The notes below the pieces were generated by a model. That model was not told where the DNA came from. It was given only the letters and a program-made list of their open reading frames with translations, and did no database searches. Below, piece by piece: positions 62,501-64,000 of a stretch of DNA of 64,000 nucleotides. Numbering within the stretch: position 1 is the stretch's first letter; every line of letters begins with the position of its first letter. The stretch spans positions 79,982,001 to 80,046,000 of the forward strand of contig NC_086108.1 of NCBI RefSeq assembly GCF_963921235.1. The letters run 5' to 3'. The translations under genes were made by a program, and so were the position numbers. The DNA is from Mobula hypostoma. Lineage: Eukaryota.

Positions 62501-62950
62501 AACATCTGTATGGACTGTTATACCGGAGACATGCTTTATCAATGTTCTATGAAGAGAGTTTTTGAAAATATTGACAACTACTGTTATTCTTAAAGCATCG
62601 CACCACAATTCTTTCGGCTGGGAAACGTGCAGTTTCTAAATTAAAGACAACAATCTAGCATTAAACAAACGTCCGACTCAGAAACACCCCCAGCTCTTAT
62701 TAATACAGCAATTTCAAAAACAACTTCCAGAAGTCCTGCCGACTTCCTGGTGTTATCACGGGAGGAGAGAGTTAACAAGCACAATATTCTTTTTTTTCTC
62801 TTTTTGCACCTTAGAGATCTGTTTCAATGCGAAAGCAGCGTGGCAGTAACTGGGTCTCCGCAGCAGATCCGAGCAAGCGGCCGGGGCTCGATGACTGTAC
62901 CTCGGGGGCAGTGCTCCACCGTCCCGGGCAAGGTTAGAAACCGAAGCCAT
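2526..62950 (-). CDS. ptch2: Patched-2 Hedgehog receptor, 5' part: join of exons 62810-62950, 60829-61021, 18874-19063, 17982-18051, 14973-15064, 8615-8810, 7621-7742, 2526-2673; continues beyond window start
   Basis: Eight exons (141/193/190/70/92/196/122/148 nt) splice in phase at GT-AG sites into a 384-aa Patched N-terminus (TM1 + ECD1). The LPPxY...[20 protein letters not shown]-terminus and [23 protein letters not shown] are typical of PTCH2 rather than PTCH1. Confidence 0.93.
3236..3400 (-). mobile_element. Penelope-derived terminal-repeat fragment (same family as 855-1060)
   Basis: Shares CTGCAGATGCTGGAA..AAAATGCTGGAGGAACTCAG..GACCCTTC with other copies. Confidence 0.75.
4060..4850 (+). 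mobile_element. CR1 LINE 3' fragment interrupted by a nested insertion at 4564-4757
   Basis: Decayed ORF2 end [15 protein letters not shown]...TRMLPG plus CR1 3' UTR; CACGTG duplicated on both sides of the insert. Confidence 0.8.
6050..6215. mobile_element. Highly diverged palindromic Penelope-derived element
   Basis: Remnant arms GGCAGGCAGC ... CTACAGATGCCGCCTG..TTTCCAGTGCTTTCTGTTT. Confidence 0.45.
6735..7460 (+). mobile_element. Penelope-like element 3' fragment: decayed GIY-YIG endonuclease plus pyrimidine-rich 3' UTR
   Basis: Manual translation [31 protein letters not shown]...[21 protein letters not shown] fits the PLE GIY-YIG pattern (xIYCIxCxxCxxxYIGET). Confidence 0.8.
7621..7742 (-). 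CDS. ptch2: ptch2 exon 7 ([41 protein letters not shown])
   Basis: 122 nt; acceptor ttgttacag, donor AG|gtaag; [16 protein letters not shown] motif. Confidence 0.96.
8405..8588. mobile_element. Diverged palindromic Penelope-derived element close to the exon 6 donor
   Basis: Arms CTCAGGTCAGCCAGCATCTGTGGAAAG / CTTTTCCTACAGATGAGTTCTGACCAGCTGAG. Confidence 0.55.
8615..8810 (-). CDS. ptch2: ptch2 exon 6 ([65 protein letters not shown])
   Basis: 196 nt (199 with the upstream AG of a CAGCAG acceptor); donor GAG|gtaag. Confidence 0.94.
9256..9750 (-). mobile_element. CR1 LINE 3' fragment
   Basis: ORF 9532-9717 [28 protein letters not shown]...[16 protein letters not shown]1 3' UTR. Confidence 0.9.
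9985..10095 (+). mobile_element. 3' tail fragment of a Deu/SacSINE1-like SINE
   Basis: TTCAAAAGTACTCTGTTGGCTGTTAAATGCTTTTGGA..AAAGGTAGCATATAAAT, similar to the tail of 41625-41897. Confidence 0.5.
12705..13197. mobile_element. Composite Tc1-type non-autonomous element: lone TIR (12705-12729), about 400 nt cargo, and a 66-bp mini-MITE (13130-13195) flanked by TA
   Basis: TA-CAATACTGTGCAAAAGACTTAGGCAC..GTGCCTATGACTTTACTCCGTACTG-TA, plus a further TIR copy TGCCTAAGACATTTGCACAGTACTG-TA. Confidence 0.7.
14205..14328. repeat. Compound (CT)n low-complexity tract
   Basis: Direct reading. Confidence 0.9.
14973..15064 (-). CDS. ptch2: ptch2 exon 5 ([31 protein letters not shown])
   Basis: 92 nt; acceptor ccacctag, donor CC|gtaagt; TPLDCFW motif. 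Confidence 0.96.
15485..15622 (+). mobile_element. Penelope-derived terminal-repeat fragment with internal (TG)n expansion
   Basis: ATGAAGAAAGGGCCTCAGCCCGAAAC..GATGCTGCCTGACCTGCTGAG..(TG)n..GATTTCTAGCATCTGC. Confidence 0.75.
17982..18051 (-). CDS. ptch2: ptch2 exon 4 ([23 protein letters not shown])
   Basis: 70 nt; acceptor tttctttcag, donor CGA|gtgagt. Confidence 0.96.
18874..19063 (-). CDS. ptch2: ptch2 exon 3 ([64 protein letters not shown])
   Basis: 190 nt; acceptor tttctctgcag, donor AA|gtaag; phases match flanking exons. Confidence 0.96.
19961..20285 (-). mobile_element. tRNA-derived SINE, full length, (TAT)n tail
   Basis: A box TGGCCAAGTGG, B box GTTCGACCC; body shared with copies at 42028, 57049 and 58088. 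Confidence 0.9.
20425..20562 (+). mobile_element. Penelope-derived terminal-repeat fragment
   Basis: GATGAAGGGTTTTGGCCCGAAACATCGA..GACCTGCTGA..GATTTCCAGCATCTGCAG. Confidence 0.75.
23075..23415 (+). mobile_element. CR1 LINE 3' fragment
   Basis: [22 protein letters not shown]...[12 protein letters not shown]; 3' UTR GGGCCGAATGGCCTGTTTCTGTGCTGTAC. Confidence 0.85.
23543..24020 (-). mobile_element. Non-autonomous retroposon (probably RTE-related) with (GA)n tail and AGTGACAT target-site duplication
   Basis: GC-rich 478-nt insert in AT-rich DNA; AGTGACAT at 23535-23542 and 24021-24028; family assignment is inference. Confidence 0.65.
25064..25136. mobile_element. hAT/Charlie-type mini-MITE
   Basis: Termini CAGGGGATACAAACCT / AGATTGGGATCCCCTG; same family as 37406-37475. 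Confidence 0.65.
28083..28365 (+). mobile_element. V-SINE (HE1-like)
   Basis: V domain TTGTATGTTCACCCCGTGACTGCGCCGGTTTCCTCCAGGTGCTCTGGTTTCCACCCACAGCCCAAAGAC; (AAAT)n tail. Confidence 0.85.
28575..28752 (+). mobile_element. Unclassified retroposon 3' fragment containing a G-run (28590-28610)
   Basis: GTGGATGTCTGCGAAGA..TTGTATACATTCTCTGAT tail-like sequence; G-run read directly. Confidence 0.4.
29795..30065 (+). mobile_element. CR1 LINE 3' end
   Basis: GTGAATCTGTAGAATTCTCTGCC..GATCAGCCATGATCTTATTGAATGGC..CTCCTGCTCCTATTTCTTATGTTCTTAT. Confidence 0.85.
30460..30563 (+). mobile_element. Penelope-derived terminal-repeat fragment
   Basis: CAGTCCTGAAGAAGAGTTTCAGCCTGAAACATC..TTCCTCCAGCATTTTGTGTG. 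Confidence 0.7.
32421..32757. repeat. 21-bp GC-rich minisatellite, about 16 copies (consensus GAGAGGGAGCGCAGGACCCGG)
   Basis: Direct tandem periodicity; produces repetitive ORFs in five listed frames. Confidence 0.97.
33470..33880 (+). mobile_element. Bipartite non-autonomous RTE-type element (5' UTR-like head plus 3' tail)
   Basis: Head GGACCACACCTTGTCGTGGTTTGGAGGCTTGCGTGCCTCAGTGACCC..GAGCTATG resembles RTE/BovB 5' UTRs; tail GCTGCCCTAAAC..GGCAGTAAGTAA. Confidence 0.65.
34298..34415 (+). mobile_element. Penelope-derived terminal-repeat fragment
   Basis: GATGCTGCTCGACCCGCTGAGCTCCTCCAGC..TTCCGGCATCTGC. Confidence 0.65.
35445..35584. repeat. Compound (TG)n/(GA)n microsatellite
   Basis: Direct reading. 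Confidence 0.95.
37406..37475. mobile_element. hAT/Charlie-type mini-MITE
   Basis: TIR CAGGGGTTCCCAACC / GGTTGGGAACCCTTG; imperfect TSD ATCTAGTG / ATTCCAGTG. Confidence 0.75.
37710..38020 (+). mobile_element. V-SINE with a different 3' tail
   Basis: V domain TTTGTATGTTCTCTCCTTGACCACG..CTTCCTCCCACATTCCAAAGAC. Confidence 0.8.
38085..38250 (-). mobile_element. Diverged V-SINE fragment
   Basis: Reverse V domain GTCACAGGGAGAACCTACAAACTCAGCACAGAC. Confidence 0.7.
38265..38640 (-). mobile_element. RTE-clade LINE 3' end
   Basis: [44 protein letters not shown], a typical RTE ORF C-terminus. Confidence 0.9.
40160..40320 (-). mobile_element. CR1 3' UTR fragment
   Basis: CCATAAGATAAAGGAGCAAAATTAGGCCATTTGGCCCATTGAATCTGCTCCACCATTTCATCATGG. 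Confidence 0.8.
41625..41897 (+). mobile_element. Deu-domain SINE (SacSINE1/AmnSINE1-like), diverged
   Basis: GATGTTCAATTTAAGCCCCATCTG..GTAAGAGATCTAATG..CCTGACCAATATTTATC..TGTGAAAGATGCTAGATAAAAGCAAGTCTT follows the remembered Deu-SINE layout. Confidence 0.65.
42028..42322 (+). mobile_element. tRNA-derived SINE (same family as 19961-20285), slightly 5'-truncated
   Basis: B box GTTCGAGCC and shared body. Confidence 0.9.
42470..43510 (-). mobile_element. Old, decayed CR1-type LINE fragment
   Basis: GGTGTCCAGAACAGAACACGGTACTCCAGGTG (reverse of LEYxVxFWxP) and other RT-end remnants. Confidence 0.6.
43625..43990 (+). mobile_element. Bipartite RTE-related non-autonomous element (second family)
   Basis: CCCAGAAGGAGGCAATGACAAA..TTGCC resembles the Bov-A/RTE GGAGAAGGCAATGGCAAACCAC motif; inference. 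Confidence 0.55.
44595..44920 (+). mobile_element. Penelope-like element 3' UTR/terminal repeat with hammerhead-like core
   Basis: Pyrimidine-rich UTR followed by CTGAAGCAGGGTCTCAGCCTGAAACGTCGA..GACCTGCTGAGTTCCTC. Confidence 0.75.
46678..47455. mobile_element. pogo/Tigger-type non-autonomous DNA transposon; right TIR degraded
   Basis: TA-CAGTGGATTCTGGTTAATTGGG left end with repeated CCCAATTAA subterminal motifs. Confidence 0.6.
47672..47877 (+). mobile_element. Rex1/Babar-type LINE 3' tail
   Basis: [14 protein letters not shown] remnant; tail GATGATAAACC..TGATTCTGA. Confidence 0.7.
48725..48940. mobile_element. Diverged palindromic Penelope-derived element
   Basis: Arms CTGGAAATACTCAACAGGTCAGG / CTGACCTGCTGAAAACACCCAGCATTT. 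Confidence 0.6.
51300..51777 (+). mobile_element. Rex1/Babar-clade LINE 3' fragment
   Basis: [47 protein letters not shown]; tail AATAAACTTGGACTTGA. Confidence 0.85.
52622..53950 (-). mobile_element. 5'-truncated CR1 LINE with a frameshifted reverse-transcriptase domain
   Basis: [73 protein letters not shown]; split over several ORFs; CR1 3' UTR. Confidence 0.95.
54290..54532 (-). mobile_element. CR1 3' end fragment
   Basis: ATAAGACACAGGAGCTGAACTAGGCCATTCAGCCCATC..GAATTCCACAGATTCACCACC. Confidence 0.85.
56600..56745 (-). mobile_element. V-SINE fragment
   Basis: ATGTCTTTGGGAGGTGGGAAGAAACTGGAGCACCTGCAGTCACAGGGAGAACGTGGAAACTCC. Confidence 0.8.
57049..57356 (+). mobile_element. tRNA-derived SINE, full length, with 10-bp TSD TTGTAATTAT
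   Basis: A box TGGCCAAGTGG, B box GTTCGAGCC; TSD at 57037-57046 and 57355-57364. Confidence 0.92.
57465..57600 (-). mobile_element. V-SINE fragment
   Basis: GAAACTGGAACACACAGGGAAACCCCACATAGTCACAGAGA..CAGGATTAAACCTGGATCTCTAGAACTGTGAGG. Confidence 0.7.
57640..59295 (+). mobile_element. Old CR1 backbone containing a nested tRNA-SINE (58088-58300) and a second LINE 3' end (about 58590-58892)
   Basis: RT remnants ([21 protein letters not shown]) before the inserts and [11 protein letters not shown] plus 3' UTR after them. Confidence 0.7.
58088..58300 (+). mobile_element. tRNA-derived SINE, 3'-truncated copy
   Basis: A/B boxes and body shared with 57049-57356. Confidence 0.88.
60148..60348. mobile_element. 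Palindromic Penelope-derived element with about 68-bp inverted arms
   Basis: 60154-60221 is close to the reverse complement of 60236-60303. Confidence 0.85.
60829..61021 (-). CDS. ptch2: ptch2 exon 2 ([64 protein letters not shown]), includes TM1
   Basis: 193 nt; acceptor ttttcaccttag, donor G|gtaag; strong Patched similarity by manual translation (this frame is not in the ORF track). Confidence 0.96.
62810..62950 (-). CDS. ptch2: ptch2 coding exon 1 ([47 protein letters not shown])
   Basis: ATG at 62950; [11 protein letters not shown] motif; donor AAG|GTGCAA, phase 0. Confidence 0.92.
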
Positions 62951-63394
62951 GTCGCTGGAAACCAGTCGCGGATCGTTTGGTTCAACAACAACAACAGTAA
63001 TAATTCCCCAAAAGTGACAAGAATAACAGCTGGAGAGTCCCTAGTCTCTTCCTGAGCGAAAGCCTGATATTTCCATCCCAACATTTCGCGCAGAAATCCT
63101 CAAGGATCTTGACTCTACATCCACGTGTAGTTTTCTCCCTCTCGCTCGCTCGCTCGCTCCTTTTACTCGTCCCTCTAACACCATGGAATAAAAAAAACTC
63201 TTTCAGCTCAATCTTTACTTCTGTCCCCGATCTCAGGCATCCAACATTTGGAGAGAAAAACCCGCCTCCAGCCCATCAAAAAGAGTTGATGGAAAGTCCT
63301 CTCGACCGGATTCCCATTGGCTAAGGAAGAAGCAAATTACTTAGCAAACATCTACTATTATTAGCTGCTAAGCAACAGCTCACCAAAGTGGACG

Positions 63395-63403
63395 GACCAC
63401 CCA
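63395..63403 (+). promoter_or_regulatory. Perfect GLI consensus site GACCACCCA in the ptch2 promoter
   Basis: Exact 9/9 match about 445 nt upstream of the ATG; Patched genes are established direct GLI targets. Confidence 0.85.
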
Positions 63404-64000
63404 GACTGCTGAAGCATCAATGGGAGGTAGCAAAAACTGCATACAAGATCTCTGCGGATCTTTCCAAACCCTTGAATATTTTTTGTAAAAAAAAACAAGT
63501 TTCCCAACTGATACACGAAGTTGACAGCTAAATAGGACCATATATAGTTTAGATATATGTACACATAATGGTTTTTGTCCTGGCAAATACAGTTTGTTAA
63601 ATAGTTTTTTTCAAACTTTAAAATTGAAAGTAGTGGGAACGGCAGTTCTCGCTCTCTCTCACACGCACACGCACACACAGAGCCACACATAGGTCTGTGT
63701 ATGTGTATTTATATTAGGTATGTATGCATGTATATAAAACGTCGTGAATTGCCTCGTGAGGTACCCGGGCCCCTTTAGCCCAACAAACGCAGGGGAGGTC
63801 CCAGATGAATTCTGGAGACTGCATAAATAAACCAAGGGCAACTAGATCTGAATAAATGTTCTGCAGAAATCTGGCATTGCTAATGCTGGTAATAAAGTGG
63901 AGTGAAATGAATGAGGTAAACGTGTAGTGAAACTGCATCCAAACATTAACAAGGCTGGGGAGCTAAATATTTTATAACCTGGGGAATAAGAAGATGATAA

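Larger units (their letters stand above)
62050..63450 (-). promoter_or_regulatory. CpG-rich promoter/first-exon region with CCAAT box (63316-63320), RFX X-box-like GCTGCTAAGCAAC (63364-63376) and E-box CACGTG (63122-63127)
   Basis: CpG density visibly higher than the rest of the window; motifs read directly; TSS not determined. Confidence 0.65.

Overview
Vertebrate genomic DNA; the repeat landscape (V-SINEs, a Deu-type SINE, CR1, Penelope-derived palindromes) points to a cartilaginous fish, probably a ray (inference). The window holds the promoter and first eight coding exons of a Patched-2 (ptch2) Hedgehog receptor gene on the minus strand. Exons 1-8 splice in phase at GT-AG junctions into 1152 nt / 384 aa; the gene continues past position 1. 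Intron 2 is very large (19064-60828, 41,765 nt). The promoter has a perfect GLI site plus CCAAT and RFX-like motifs, and the presumed leader has several upstream ATGs. The introns contain decayed CR1, RTE, Rex1/Babar and Penelope retroelements, several SINE families, Tc1/pogo/hAT MITEs and a 21-bp minisatellite. The most interesting leads, all unvalidated: a hand-folded HDV-like ribozyme candidate, sense to the pre-mRNA, in a retroposon inside intron 2; hammerhead-core-bearing palindromic elements; inverted SINE copies near both ends of the giant intron; and substitutions in normally conserved Patched motifs. No prokaryotic-type system or CRISPR array is present. Repeat boundaries are approximate and family names come from recognition, not database searches.
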